Shown here: positions 15,795-31,047 of the stretch, one piece after another | How the letters are laid out: every line of letters starts with the position of its first letter | Numbering within the stretch: position 1 is the stretch's first letter | Assembly: GCA_951406725.2 (NCBI GenBank) | Contig: OX597843.1 | Location: 8,804,001 to 8,868,000, forward strand | Source of the DNA: Octopus vulgaris | Lineage: Eukaryota | DNA: 64,000 nt | Reading direction: 5' to 3' | Made by a program: the position numbers and the translations under genes | The notes under the pieces: model-generated | Told to the model about the DNA's origin: nothing | The model's input: the letters and a program-made list of their open reading frames with translations, nothing else | The model's database searches: none

Positions 15795-16629
15795 AAGAAG
15801 AAGAAAAAGAATACCTGCATACACATTCACATAGACACACACACACACACACATACATAACGCGTACACGCACACACAAATCGAGAACAATCAGATGAAA
15901 AAACAAAATTACTATTAGTTGTCAAAGAATTAAAAGCAGTAGAAGAATAAGAAGAAAAACAAAAAAAAAAAAACAACAGCAGCGATTAAAACAAGTCCAA
16001 CAACAACAACAACAGCAAAAGCAACAAAAAACAACTACAACAACAATGGGCATAGTGGCAAAGGGGGAAGTTTTAGAGGGAAATATGAAAAAAAAAAAAA
16101 CTAAAGGGTTAGAAAATCTGCGTCGTTTAAGTTCAGTTCAAATAAACAAGATGGGAGACAATACAATTTTACATTAGGTGTTAACGGAAAAGTATATAAC
16201 AATGGCTGAGCTGCTAAAAGGAGCCATCTTAAATCTCTGTTAAAATACTGTTGTTGGTGTTGTTCTTGTAGTTTCTACTTCTGTTGAATTTATTGTTGTT
16301 GTTGTTGATGACACACTTGATAGTTTCATTGTTGCTGTTGCTGTTGTTGTTGTTGTTGTTGTCATATTTATCCTTGTTAACGCTGTTGTTTTTATCATCG
16401 TTGTTGCTAACGCAGTGAGCAGGCGGAATCGTTGGCACGTCGGACAAAATACTTAGTGATATTTCTTTCGTCTTCACGTTCTGAGTTCAAATTCGGCTAA
16501 TGGCGACTTTGCCTTTCATCGTTTCGGGGTCGATAAACTAAGTACCAGTGAAACACTGGGTTCGATGTAATTGACAAGTTCCTTACCACAAAATTTTCAG
16601 AACTTGTGTCTATAGTAGAAAGGAATGTG

Positions 16630-16738
<109 letters not shown>

Positions 16739-16774
16739 TTATTATCATCATCATCATCATCATCATTATTATTT

Positions 16775-17570
16775 TATGTTTTACTTTTGCTTTACATTTG
16801 TACAAGTTGGCTCCAAGTCTCACCCAGAGACCTCAAGAGACAACAAGTTGGAAATTCATGTTGGTGTTATGCCTAGGGTGCCATATATTTGGTTTTGTAC
16901 TTAGTGTTGTACTAGTGAATGCCTAAAGAACCATACGAAAATTATGCTTGTTTTAAAACTTGAGATTACACAGGAAGTATTTTGCGTAGGATATGAGCAG
17001 TTCTCATGAGCACTATCTTTTGAATTTCTGCCATTTTGGGGTTTCCTGGTATCTGAGCTAGGTAGCAATCAGCCCCTTTTGCTATCATTCCCAGGGCACC
17101 TATGACAACAGATATTGTTTTAGTCTTCAGGTTCCACATTTTGCTGATTTCTATTTCAAGATCTTTATATTTGCTCAGTTTCTGGTAGGTCTTGACAGAT
17201 ACGTTTATATCGATTGGGACAGTCATATCAATGAGGAGGCACGTTCTTTGTCTGAAGTCTTTCAATATGACGTCTGGCCTATTCGCATCTATCTTTCTGT
17301 CAGTTTGAATGTTGAAGTTCCAGAGGAGTGAGACGTGATCATTTTCAAGCACTGGAGGTGGTTTTGTGTTCCCGCCAGTTTTTTTTTTTACAGCAAATAT
17401 TCTACTCAATACCACAGGTTTGTTTGCCAGTTGTTTGACCTTAACCAGTTGAGCATGTCCCTTAGTGGCTGACGATTTGTGCATCTCTGATCATGAGCAG
17501 ATGTAGTGGGGGAGCATCATAGCCATGTGTTGAGATGAATCCTATGGGGTTTGGATAATTCACCTCTGGA

Positions 17571-17571
<1 letters not shown>
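16775..17571 (-). mobile_element. Internally deleted R4/Dong-like non-LTR element (restriction-like endonuclease C-terminus), copy 1
   Basis: ORF 16966-17484 contains LWNFNIQTDRKIDANRPDVIL...IDMTVP...KLSKYKDL...VVIGALG, a PD-(D/E)xK RLE domain typical of the R4 clade. No RT. (TAA)n on both sides. Confidence 0.85.
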
Positions 17572-17599
<28 letters not shown>

Positions 17600-17630
<31 letters not shown>

Positions 17631-18355
17631 AAGAAGAAGAAGGAGAAGGAGGAGAAGAAGGAAGAGGAGGAGAAAAAGAAGGAGGAAGAGGAGGAGGAGG
17701 AGGAGGAGGAGGAAGAGGAGGAGGAGGAAGAAGAAGAAGAAGAAGAAGAAGAAGAAGAAGAAGAAGAAGAAGAAGAAGAAAAAGAAGAAAAAAGAAGAAA
17801 AAAAGAAGAAAAAGAAAAAGAAAAAAGAAGAAGAATGAAAAGAAAAAGAAAAAGAAGAAAAAGAAAAAGAAAAAGAAGAAGAAGAAGAAGAAAAAGAAAA
17901 AGAAAAAGGAAAAGAAGAAGAAGAAAAAGAAGAAGAAAAAAGAAAAAGAAAAAGAAGAAAAAGAAAAAGAAGAAAAAGAAAAGAAGAAGAAGAAGAAGAA
18001 GAAGAAAAAGAAAAAGAAAAAGGAAAAAGAAGAAGAAAAGGAAGAAGAAAAAAAAAGAAGAAGAAGAAGAAGAAGAAGAAGAAGAAGAAGAAGAAGAAGA
18101 AGAAGAAGAAGAAGAAGAAGAAGAAGAAGGACTTTCTACTGTAGACATAAGTCTTGAAACTCTATCAACCTCTAAATCATGAAAGTTGATTTCAGCTGGA
18201 TTTGAACTCAGAGCGTAAAAAGCCAGAAGAAATGCCGCTAACCATTTTGTCCGACGCACTTACGATTGATTCAAACCAGCTTATTCATAATATAATATGA
18301 ACAGCGACAACGTATATGCTTCGCCATCATCATCACCAGCTTCATATTCTTTGTT

Positions 18356-18408
<53 letters not shown>

Positions 18409-18860
18409 TTACAACGACGATTTCAACCACTACAACTACGAATATTTCTTCGGATTATTAATCTTCGTCTTCTTTTTCTCCACCATATTTCTTCTTCTTC
18501 TTCTTCTTCTTCTTCTTCTTCTTCTTCTTCTTCTTCTTCTTCTTCTTCTTCTTCCTCTCCTCCTCCTTCTTATTCTTCTTTTTCTTCTTCTTCTTCTTCT
18601 TCTTCTTCTCTTCTTTTTCTTCTTCTTCTTTTTCTTCTTCTTCTTCCGCTTCTTCTTCTTCTTCTTCTTTTCTTCTTTCCTTCTTCTTCTTCTTCTTTTT
18701 CTTCTTCTCCTTCTTCTCCTTCTCCTTCTTCTTCTCCTTCTCCTTCTCCTTCTCTTCTCCTTCTCTTCTCCTTCTCCTTCTCTTCTCCTACTCTTCTCCT
18801 ACTCTTCTTCTTCTTCTTCTTCTTCTTCTTCTTCTTTTTCTTCTTCTTCTTCTCCTTCTG
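17600..18860. repeat. (GAA)n tract facing a (TTC)n tract
   Basis: Purine tract 17600-18130 and pyrimidine tract 18490-18860. Confidence 0.9.
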
Positions 18861-19451
18861 CTTCTTTATTAGTGTTGATATTGTTATTTACCGTACTTAT
18901 TGCATCATCATCATCATCATCATCGTCGTCCTTGTCATCAGCATTATCATCTTCATGCTGACATTCCTATTGTTGATGATGATGATGATGATGGTGATGA
19001 CGATGTAGGATGTGAGGAAGATGAGTATGAGGATGACGGCAGTGGGGGTGTTGGTGGTGCTGGCGAAAATGATGATGATTATGATGATGATGATGATTAC
19101 GACGACAGGGGGGATGGCGGTGACAGTGGTGGTGTTGGTGGTGGTGGTGGTGGTGGTGGTGGTTGTGGTGGCGGCCGTCGCAGTAACGGTGGCGATGTTG
19201 ACGCGAGTTTATCGTATTTCGTTTCCTGAATCAAGATTCTGAGCAATTAAAAGTTTCGTTACAAAATAACGTCAATTAACAATACAGATATGCAGAAAAA
19301 TAGGAAAAAAAGACAAAGAGGAAGTGTTTTCTCCTTTGATGTTTCTGACAAAGACAGACAGAGGGAATGTGTGTGTGTGTGCGTGGTGGAGTGGGTGAGG
19401 CGTTTAGCGTTATATACGACAGAAGGAGTGATATTGTGTAAAGGAGAGTTA

Positions 19452-20150
19452 GTGGAGGTCGGTTGTTATTTAGAACCGAGAGAATGAAAGTCAGTAGTAG
19501 AGAGATGACGGATGTTGGTTTTATGTATGACGGAGTGAGTGTTAGAAAGACAGAGAGAGAGAGAGGTGGAGTGGAGTGTTGTACGTCAAAGATTGAATGT
19601 GTGTTTAAGAAAGACGGTGGATGTTAGTTATGCATGCGATAGAGGAGATGAAAGTGTGTAGGAGAGAGATGGTGGAGGCTGGTTTTATTTATACCAGAGA
19701 GAGTGAGAGTTGGTTGGAGAGAGATGACGGATGTTGGTTTTATGTACGACGGAGAGAATGATTAAATGTTAGAAGGAGAGAGAGTGAGAGAGAGAGAGAT
19801 GTGGAGTGAAGTGTTGTACATGAGAGAGAGCGAACCTGTGTTTAAAAGGAAGATGGTGCATGTGACTGAGGGAGTGAAAGTGTGTAGGAGAAAGGCAGTG
19901 GAGGTTGGTGTTATTTAGAACCGAGAGAGTGAAAGTCAGTGGGAGAAAGATGACCGACGTTTGTTTTATGTACGACGGAGAGTGTGCATGAGTTTTGGGG
20001 AGAGAGTGACAGAGAAAGGGAGAGACAGACAGACAGAAAGAGGTGTAGAGTATTAATGTGTGACAGATTGTAAATGTGTGTTTAAGAAAGATGGTGGATG
20101 TTAGTTATATATGCGAGATGGGGTGTGAACATGTGTAGGGGAAGAGATGG
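19452..20150 (+). repeat. Diverged tandem repeat, ~3 units of ~220-226 bp
   Basis: GTGGAGG(t/c)..GG..TTATTTA.A.CC.GAGAG at 19452, 19672 and 19898, with shared GATGACGGATGTTGGTTTTATGTA blocks. Confidence 0.8.
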
Positions 20151-20325
20151 AGGGAATGCAATGAGAAGAAGGTGTAAGAATGTACAACTATGTGCTCGGT
20201 AGTTTTCTTAGTTGGTCGAAGATATTGGCTGTATTGGTATGTATATGTATGCGTGTGTCTGTGTGCGTATAAATATTTGTGAGAATGCATAACCACACAA
20301 ACACACACACACGCACACATATATA

Positions 20326-20749
20326 AGTCGGGTCGGCACCCCCTTCGGTCACGACACTGACCATGGGATTGCACCTAGAAGTTACCCTCCTAGTCACAAG
20401 TCTGAGCAAGGTTGTTTATGGAAGACCAGCAATCACCCATGTATAACAGTTTCCCTTCTCTGTGCCATTATATGTACATAGGATAAAGATCCTCTTCTGA
20501 AGAAGGTAAAGAAGACCAGCAGTCGCCTCCACTCTCCATACCACCAATATTATCCAAGGGAAAGGCAAAGGGGCCGATACAGCTTGGCACCTGTGACGCC
20601 GCAAATCATTTCTACAGCTGAGTGAACTGGAGCAACGTGAAATAAAGTGTCTTGCTCAAGAACACAACACACAGTCTGGTCCAGGATTCGAGCTCACAAC
20701 CTCACGATCGTAAGCTCGACGCTCTAACCACTGAGCCATGCACCTTCAC
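20326..20749 (-). mobile_element. tRNA-derived SINE (group D) with CORE-like domain
   Basis: Head GGCTCAGTGGTTAGAGCG...GAGCTCGAATCC followed by GTGTTCTTGAGCAAGACACTT...CAGCTGTAGAAATG. 3' partial copy at 61960-62138. Confidence 0.8.
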
Positions 20750-20791
20750 ATATATATGTATATACATACATACATGCATACATACATACAT

Positions 20792-21176
20792 ACTTGTTTC
20801 AGTTATTTGACAGCGGCCGTGCTGGAGCACCGCATTGAAGGGTTTTAGTCAAACAAATTTACCCCAGGACTTATTTTCTTAAAGCCTGATACAGAATCGA
20901 TCTATTTTGACGAACCGCTATGTTACGAGTGCGTAAACTCACTAAAAGCGGTTGTCAACACTCCAACACCAGTTGCTGGCAGAACAAACACTAAGACAAA
21001 GATATGCATACACATATATACGATGAGCTTCTTTCAGTTTCCGTCTACCAAATTCACTCACAAGGCTTTGGCCGGTCCGAGGGTATAGTAGAAGATACTT
21101 GCCCAAAGTGTCACGCAGTGGGTTTGAAACCAGAACCGTATCGTTGGGAAGCAAACTTCTTACCACACAGCCACAC

Positions 21177-21178
<2 letters not shown>
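20792..21178 (-). mobile_element. Group A SINE, diverged
   Basis: Tail and head motifs present with substitutions. Confidence 0.8.
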
Positions 21179-21230
<52 letters not shown>

Positions 21231-21239
21231 TATATATTT

Positions 21240-21711
21240 TTTTTATCTTGTTTCAGCTCAGAGCCGCGGCCATGCTGATGCACCGCCGTTTTGTGCTACA
21301 CTGTTATTGCGAAGAACCTCGTCTAATATGTGGCACTTGGTGAAGAATGAAGTTTGATATAGCTACTCTCATTTGCACCTCTTGCCGTGAGGTAAGCTCA
21401 TCTGGGACTCTCGACAGGAAGAGGTCCAGCTTTGATTTAAAAAAACCTTACACCTACTTTGTGCAAGTTCCGCAGACTCTTTGGGAGAATATTAAAAAAC
21501 TGTGGGCCCTTGAAACCCAGGCTGTTGCGGTAACTGGCCCTGAAGAGTGATGGCATTACTGGGATCTTTGGCACCATACAGTGTCGTCCCGTTCTGGCAT
21601 TGGTGTAGCTTTCAATGACAAAATTTGGCACAATTCCTTCCAGGATGTTCAGTATATATATTAGTGCATGTCTCTCCCGTCTCCTCTCCAGGGAGTAGAG
21701 TCTTAGCTGTT
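21240..21711 (-). mobile_element. 3' fragment of CR1/L2-group LINE
   Basis: Translates LYSLERRRER..IYI..ILEGIVPN...[21 protein letters not shown], a CR1-like ORF2 C-terminus. Ends CAGCATGGCCGCGGCTCTGAGCTGAAACAAG. Copies at 28300-28475 (-), 35263-35530 (+) and 46570-46840 (-). Confidence 0.8.
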
Positions 21712-21730
21712 TATATATATATACATATAG

Positions 21731-21893
21731 TCGAAGGAATGGCTGCGTGGTAAGTAGCTTGCTTACCAACCACATGGTTCCAAGTTCAGTCCCTCTGCGT
21801 GGCACCCTTGGGCAAGTGTCTCTACTATAGCCTCAGACCGACCAAAGCCTTGTGGGTGAATTTGGTAGACGGAAACTAAAAGAAGCCCGTCGT
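21731..21893 (+). mobile_element. Group A SINE head only
   Basis: Matches 6998-7160. Confidence 0.85.
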
Positions 21894-22026
21894 ATACATT
21901 AGAGTATATATGTTTGACTTTGTGTCTCTATTCGTCACTCCACCGAATTTGCACAGGAAGATGTGCAAATGCATTTGAGTACATGTATCTATGCATCTGT
22001 GTATGTATATATCTATGTATATATAC

Positions 22027-22163
<137 letters not shown>

Positions 22164-22242
22164 CGTCCATGTGCAAATATATATATATATGCATAAATAT
22201 GTATTATGAAATGTGAAGCATGCATGTCTATACTCTCTATGA

Positions 22243-22289
<47 letters not shown>

Positions 22290-22893
22290 TATACATACAT
22301 GTATAGACACTACAATACTCATTGTATGTCTATATATATATACATATATATATATATATACATATATAAACTTATATGTATGTCTATATATATGTGTATA
22401 TATATACATATATATATATACATAGAAGCATTGTTATATAGACCCACATACATATACGTATATATTCATGCATGTGTACATGTATATATTGATTTACTAT
22501 TACGTAAGTTTGTATGCGTGTACTATTTATAAATGTATAGATATATGTATAAATATACACACATGTATACACACACACAGGAATATAAATATATATACGC
22601 ATATATATTTTAAAATAATAATTCATTTAAAAACATATATATACTTACACAAATATATCCTTACGTATATGCATTCGTGTATACACGCACGTATATGCAT
22701 GCGTGTATGTGTATGTGTGTATGCTTATTCTTGACTATGCATATATGTGTGTATACGGACGCCATCTATGAATATATACATTCGTATATACACACACATG
22801 CTTGCATACATTCCCACACGATGTACATATATATACATACACATATACATATCAATATGTGTAAAAATAATTATGCATTTAAATGCATATATT

Positions 22894-22945
<52 letters not shown>

Positions 22946-23268
22946 TGTATATATACACTTAAACACGCACATACATACATATATACGTACATATAAACAT
23001 TTGTATATTTATATACATACACATATCTGTATGCGTGTCTATACGTATGTATATATATTCGTCTTTATGATAGTAATCTTGTATATAAGTGGTGTGAGTG
23101 TATATACTTATATGCATATATATACTTATACGCAGTCACACAATATGCATATATAGACTCATATATATGCATAAATATATGCAAAAATAATTATGCACCA
23201 AAAACCATATATATATATATATATACATTTACATACACATGTACATTTAAACATTTGTATATCCATAC

Positions 23269-23304
<36 letters not shown>

Positions 23305-23331
23305 TTGCATACACATGTACATTTAAACATT

Positions 23332-23416
<85 letters not shown>

Positions 23417-23790
23417 GCGTACATAAAAATTTACACAAACACACACACACACTTAAGTTCTTGTAGTCCAACCATTTATGTTTTGTACGACGCCATATCC
23501 GCCTGCTGTCAGATCGTAGAAAACTCGCTTGCTGAATTCTAAGGTTATCCGGGCGCCATGTCTTTTCGAGAGCAAGTGGATGGTATATGGCTGGTTGTAC
23601 GGCACTTCGAAGGGGAAGGGCACGGTAGGAGGGGGTTGAAAGGTGGAGGGGGGGCGGTATGGAATTCGTGAAGAGCCTGTTGGTAGTTATGAGTCTCTGA
23701 TGATGTTACTGGTGGAAGTGGTAGTAGTAGTTGTGTTGGCGGTGAAAGAATTTGCATATATATTTTTATAAATTTGCTCGTGTATGTGTA

Positions 23791-23899
<109 letters not shown>

Positions 23900-24242
23900 T
23901 ACGTACGCATATATATACACATATATATATACATATGTATGTGTGTGTGAATTACATTTTTCCTATCTGCCAGTAGCTTTTTATCTCTCTCTCTCTCTCT
24001 CTCTCCCCCCCCGTTCGCTCTTTCTTTCTCAACACCGAGGACCACATTCTCTATAATATATATGTTGTATGCTCATTTACATATATGCACACGTAGAAGA
24101 GCATATATATATATATATATATATTCATATGTATATATGCACATTTATATATATACACACGTACAAGAATATTACAATATATACATACACACATATATAT
24201 ATATATATATAAATATTCATATATATATGTATATAAAAATGC

Positions 24243-24288
<46 letters not shown>

Positions 24289-24399
24289 TATGTATATATG
24301 CACATTTATATATATATACACACGTACAAGAATATTATAATATGTACATACACACATATATATATATAAATATTCATATATATACGTATATAAAAATGC

Positions 24400-24449
<50 letters not shown>

Positions 24450-24814
24450 TATATACGTAAGCCTAATACATTTTCTCGAATTATCGTAGGTTAACTGATG
24501 CATTATGGGTAATTTTCTACTTTTACTTATCCACTTTACGTCTACTTCTTCCTTTGACATATTTTTACAAAAAAAAAATAAAATAATCTATCTACTTCAA
24601 CAAGCACGCACATACACATACACACAACAACATATGCACACACATACCTGTGTGTGTGTGTTTGTATATATATATATATATATAGACACCAAGAATGTAT
24701 ATGATGTGTTGAAAATGCAACCGTCCATGGAAATATACTCCTTCCGTCTACTTTTGTGTATTTGTCTATTTACTTATATACATACATACTTAAATAGGTG
24801 CATACATATATAAA

Positions 24815-24845
<31 letters not shown>

Positions 24846-24962
24846 GCATGCACGCATATAGATATACATGCATACTTACACACATATATATACATACATA
24901 CATATAAATATATATATGTATATATAAATATATATATTCGCATATATATATACATACCTAAT

Positions 24963-25009
<47 letters not shown>

Positions 25010-25054
25010 AATATATATGACATATATATAACTGAATGCGTGCATATAGATAGG

Positions 25055-25106
<52 letters not shown>

Positions 25107-25198
25107 CAGCCAGATAGACAGAAAGACAGTCAGATAGACAGACAGACAAACAGACAGACAAGTAGATTGATAGATGATAAATTGATATACTTACATAC

Positions 25199-25269
<71 letters not shown>

Positions 25270-25331
25270 TATATAAATGCACACTTATATGTGTGTATGT
25301 GTGTAAACACGTACAGAAACACACACACACA

Positions 25332-25420
<89 letters not shown>

Positions 25421-25732
25421 ATGTATGTGTAATTATGTATGTAGATATTCTATCGGAAGCGAAGTGTGCAGTGAAATCATTGGTGGATTGCTAAATGGAT
25501 AAATAAGTAAGAAATTTCAGTTTGTGAAGTGATGTGTGAATGTTTTTGACAAAGGTTTTATCCTACTTGAAAGCTACGTAAAGCAAGGTTACGGTATGAA
25601 AGAAATCTGCATTGTAACAACGTCGTCTCGGTTTCAATCCCTCTGGTCTGTAGTTTAGCGACAATGGTCTTTGATTTTTACGTCGAGTAGAGAGAATTAA
25701 GGCGGGCAACAATTTAGTATCCTGGGATGGAT

Positions 25733-26095
25733 GGAAGCACTCCGTCGGTTACGACGATGAGGGTTCCGGTTGATCCGAATCAACGGAACATCCTGCTCGT
25801 GAAATTAACGTGTAAGTGGCTGAGTACCCCACAGACACGTGCACCCTTAACGTAATTCTCGGGGATATTCAGCGTGACACAGAGAGTGACAAGGCCGGCC
25901 CTTTGAAATACAGGTACAACAGAAACAGGAAGTAAGAGTGAGAGAAAGTTGTGGTGAAAGAGTACAGCAGGGATCACCACCATCCCCTGCCGGAGCCTCG
26001 TGGAGCTTTTTTAGGCGTTTTCGCTCAATAAACACTCACAACGCCCGGTCTGGGAATCGACCGCTGCCCTAACCACTGGGCCATTGGGCCTCCAC
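25733..26095 (-). mobile_element. Group B1 SINE
   Basis: Reverse complement of 5865-6235. TSD AATTTAGTATCC at 25711-25722 and 26097-26108. Confidence 0.88.
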
Positions 26096-26322
26096 TAATT
26101 TAGTATCCAACAGCTTTTTGAATGCATTTCTGCTTCGTGATTTGCAATGCCTGGCTTTCAATGGCGGACTTCATCAATCTGAGAAGGATCTTTACACGGT
26201 TGTCGTGTGAGCATGGGACTGGCTGATGAATTTTAAAGAATGTAATACAAAGATTTTTTCTTAAATTAATCGTTAATTAATCGTTATTCGCTAGAAGGAG
26301 TTTTGAAATTCCAGAAAGTTAC

Positions 26323-26855
<533 letters not shown>

Positions 26856-26889
26856 AAGATATATGTGTGTATATGTATGTGTGTCTGTG

Positions 26890-26929
<40 letters not shown>

Positions 26930-27088
26930 TTATGTATTATGTATATATATATATCACCGTGATCACCGTGACCGACCAGGCTATCAGATGTTGCTACACA
27001 TCGCTGGTCACAATGCGTTTCGCATTGTTTTAACCTTTAAATGACGCCAGCCCGCTAGCTAAGTGAGCAGGCCAATATATATGTGTAT

Positions 27089-27650
<562 letters not shown>

Positions 27651-27747
27651 TAAATATTAGGGAATAAATCCAAATTTACAGGGAAAAAATCAGATTTAGG
27701 ATTAAATACAAATAATTTGAAACTGACTTATTGGAAGTTATATATAT

Positions 27748-27939
27748 TCTCTTTTACTTGTTTCAGTCATTTGACTGCGGCCATGCTGGAGCACCGCCTT
27801 TAGTCGAGCAAATCGACCCGGGACTTATTCTTTGTAAGCCCAGTACTTATTCTATCGGTCTCTTTTGCCGAACCGCTAAGTAACGGGGACGTAAACACAC
27901 CAGCATCGGTCGTCAAGCAATGCTAGGGGGACAAACACA

Positions 27940-27945
<6 letters not shown>
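27748..27945 (-). mobile_element. Group A SINE 3' half
   Basis: Tail and body match. Another 3' half lies at 36174-36333. Confidence 0.85.
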
Positions 27946-28016
<71 letters not shown>

Positions 28017-28482
28017 GGCGAGCTGGTAGAATCGTTAGCACGCCGGGCGAAATGCGTAGCCGTATTTCGTCTACCGCTACGTCCTGGGTTCAAATTCCGC
28101 CGAGGTGTGTGTGTCAGATAAATCGGATTCAAAAGTTTTGGCAGGTATCAGGCAGGTAAGCGCTCAGTGTAAAGGAATAAGATTAAACTTCCAACAAGAA
28201 GATACCAGTAAATGTATGCAGAATACAAATTCCAGGTAAGTTAACATAAATTTTCGATAAAAGAACCGTTTTTTATTTATTTATTTATTTATTTATTTAT
28301 TTTCAGCTCACGAGCTGTGGCCATGCTGGGGCACCACCATTTGGTGTTGCTACATGATTTTACTTCACGAATGCTTTTTAGCAATTGCCATTTGGTGCAT
28401 GAGAGAGTTCGATGCAGCTGCCTTCATCTGCACCTCCTGCGGTGAAGATGGTTCATATGGGACACCTGACAAGAACGAAAAC

Positions 28483-28674
28483 TCTATAATTATAAGCATA
28501 ATTATAATTAGGGTTCAGCAAAAAATTTCTTCACCCCATACCAAAATTTAGAAATAGCAGTTGAATACTATTCCACTACCATAAGATATCTCTCTGTCTG
28601 CTATTTCTAAATTTCGGTATGTGGTGAAGCAATATTTGCTGAACCCTAATTATAAACACGCTTATAATTATAGA
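28483..28674. repeat. Imperfect inverted repeat (hairpin)
   Basis: TCTATAATTATAAGC...TAGGGTTCAGCAAA...AGAAATAGCAG versus CTGCTATTTCT...TTTGCTGAACCCTA...GCTTATAATTATAGA. Confidence 0.85.
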
Positions 28675-28798
28675 ATGTTTGTATATATATATATAAATAT
28701 ATATATATATAGATAGATAGATAGATATAGATTTAGATATATATATACATATACATATATATACATGTATATATATGTATATATATATGTATATATAC

Positions 28799-28859
<61 letters not shown>

Positions 28860-29402
28860 GTATATATACATTCAAAATGTGACCGCGTGTGTACCTTTGG
28901 CGATTGTTTTTCCTCTGGTTGGCCTAAGGCCATAGTAAAAGACACTTGCCCAAGATGCCACGCAGTGGGACTGAACCCGGAACCATGTGGTTGGTTAGCA
29001 AGCTACTTACCACACAGCCACTCCTGAGTAGAATATTTTATATAGATACAGTGAGAGAGAGAAAGAGAGAGAGGACGACAGAGATAGATACATGAATAAG
29101 AAAGAAAAAAGAAAGAATGAAGGAAAGAAGGAAAGGAGCTTTGTAGTACACAAACTAAATAAACGTACACACACACAGACGGTTGCATATAAGCTCATAT
29201 GCCTACATACATACATACATACATACATACATACATACATACATACACACACACATACATACATACATACATATATACATACATACATACGTACATACAA
29301 ACATACATGCATACATATATACATACATACATACATACTTACATAAATACACGTATATCCACGTAAATACATATATGTGTAAGTCTGTGCGTGCGTAAAA
29401 TA

Positions 29403-29466
<64 letters not shown>

Positions 29467-29542
29467 CATACATATTTGTATTTATATAAATGTATGTATA
29501 TATACACACATAAGTATATATATGTCTGTATATATATGTATC

Positions 29543-29583
<41 letters not shown>

Positions 29584-29675
29584 ATATATATGCATATATA
29601 CATATACAGATACATATACATATATACATATAGAGAAATGTATATATACATATACTGACATATATATATATATAT

Positions 29676-29787
<112 letters not shown>

Positions 29788-30656
29788 TTGCGTGTTTGCT
29801 CAATCTATGCTGTCTTGTTGCAGCAATTGTTCACCGCATTACAATTCTCTCGTTCAAATTCTTTTTGTTTTTGTTTTTGTTGTTATTGTTCTTGTTATTG
29901 CATTTCTAATTCAAGTTGTTGTTGTTGTTGTTGTTGTTGTCGAAGATGCATTTGCAGTTCTTGTAGTTGTTGTTGTTGCTGTTGTTGTTAACACTGCGAA
30001 AACCCGTTACAGCGTCACATCAAAACTTAAATGCGCGTTTTTCCACGCGCGTCAACTTAACAGCGTATAACCTCATCTGCTGGCTTTTACGTACCGTGTT
30101 GACAGCTCTCATTAAAGTATCGCTGCTCACTGAACGTATTTGATGGGTATTGAAACCTTGTCACAGCACATTTCGTATCCGAAAACAACAACAAAATTTT
30201 TTTTTTTGAAATAAAAATAATAATAATAAAATTAAAGAAAGAACAAAACTAAACAGATATTTCTAGTTTCACTTTCACTTTCGACTTGTCGTTTTCTCTC
30301 TTTCTCTCTCCGTTCATCGTTTCACGCTTGTAATGTGGCCGCCATTTTCCTTCCTTCTACATCGCTACCGCACAAACATCCTCACCAACGGCGCATCCGC
30401 CGCCAGCGACGTTAAAGCTTTTACTTCTTGCATCGTCATCATCATCATCATCATTTTCATCATCATCGTCATTATCATCATCATTATAATCACCATCACT
30501 AATACCTATGTACTATTCTCTTCTGTGTCTGCTATTATATCTATCTAGCAGATCGAAATACAAAATATGGATGTCTATCTTTCTATGTATCCATCTATTT
30601 ATCTATCTATCTACGTATCTACGTATCTACCTATCTATCTATATATATATATATAT

Positions 30657-30874
30657 ACTTTACCACACACCGAACTTTTTAGAAATAGCAGCCAAAAATT
30701 TTAGCTATTTCTTCTACTGTGATCTTATATAGGTGTGATCTTTCCTTATTTTTCCCTCTATACCTGTGTGAGTTATTTTTTGAGTATGCATTGTCTGGGA
30801 GATTTTTCTTACAGTAGAAGAAATAGCTAAAATTTTTGGCTGCTATTTCTAAAAAGTTCGGTGTATGGTGAAGT
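30657..30874. repeat. Inverted repeat with 54-bp perfect arms
   Basis: 30667-30720 is the exact reverse complement of 30811-30864. Shares CTGCTATTTCTAAA..TCGGT.T.TGGTGAAG with the 28.5-kb hairpin. Confidence 0.9.
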
Positions 30875-31008
30875 AAATTATTTTACTGAACTCTATTTTT
30901 ATAACGTAATGTTTCAAATATACCGTAAATGGTCTTTTTACATATTGAACACTACTTGGTAAAATTAATTAATAATTAATTAGATTTACCCATTTATTAT
31001 TGACAATA

Positions 31009-31047
<39 letters not shown>

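Noticed and set aside
16966-17484. Host gene encoding a nuclease
   Set aside because: Retrotransposon RLE fragment with a second, frameshifted copy and microsatellite flanks; reported as a mobile element.
19452-20150. CRISPR-like repeat-spacer array
   Set aside because: Eukaryotic context; units are diverged over their whole length, with no unique spacers or cas genes.
24095-24445. Tandem duplication of ~170 bp of TA-rich sequence (similar small ones at 23225-23335 and 8090-8190)
   Set aside because: Ordinary slippage or assembly duplication in low-complexity DNA.
28120-28245. Plus-strand donors CAG|GTAAGC and CAG|GTAAGT
   Set aside because: No credible upstream acceptor or recognisable reading frame.
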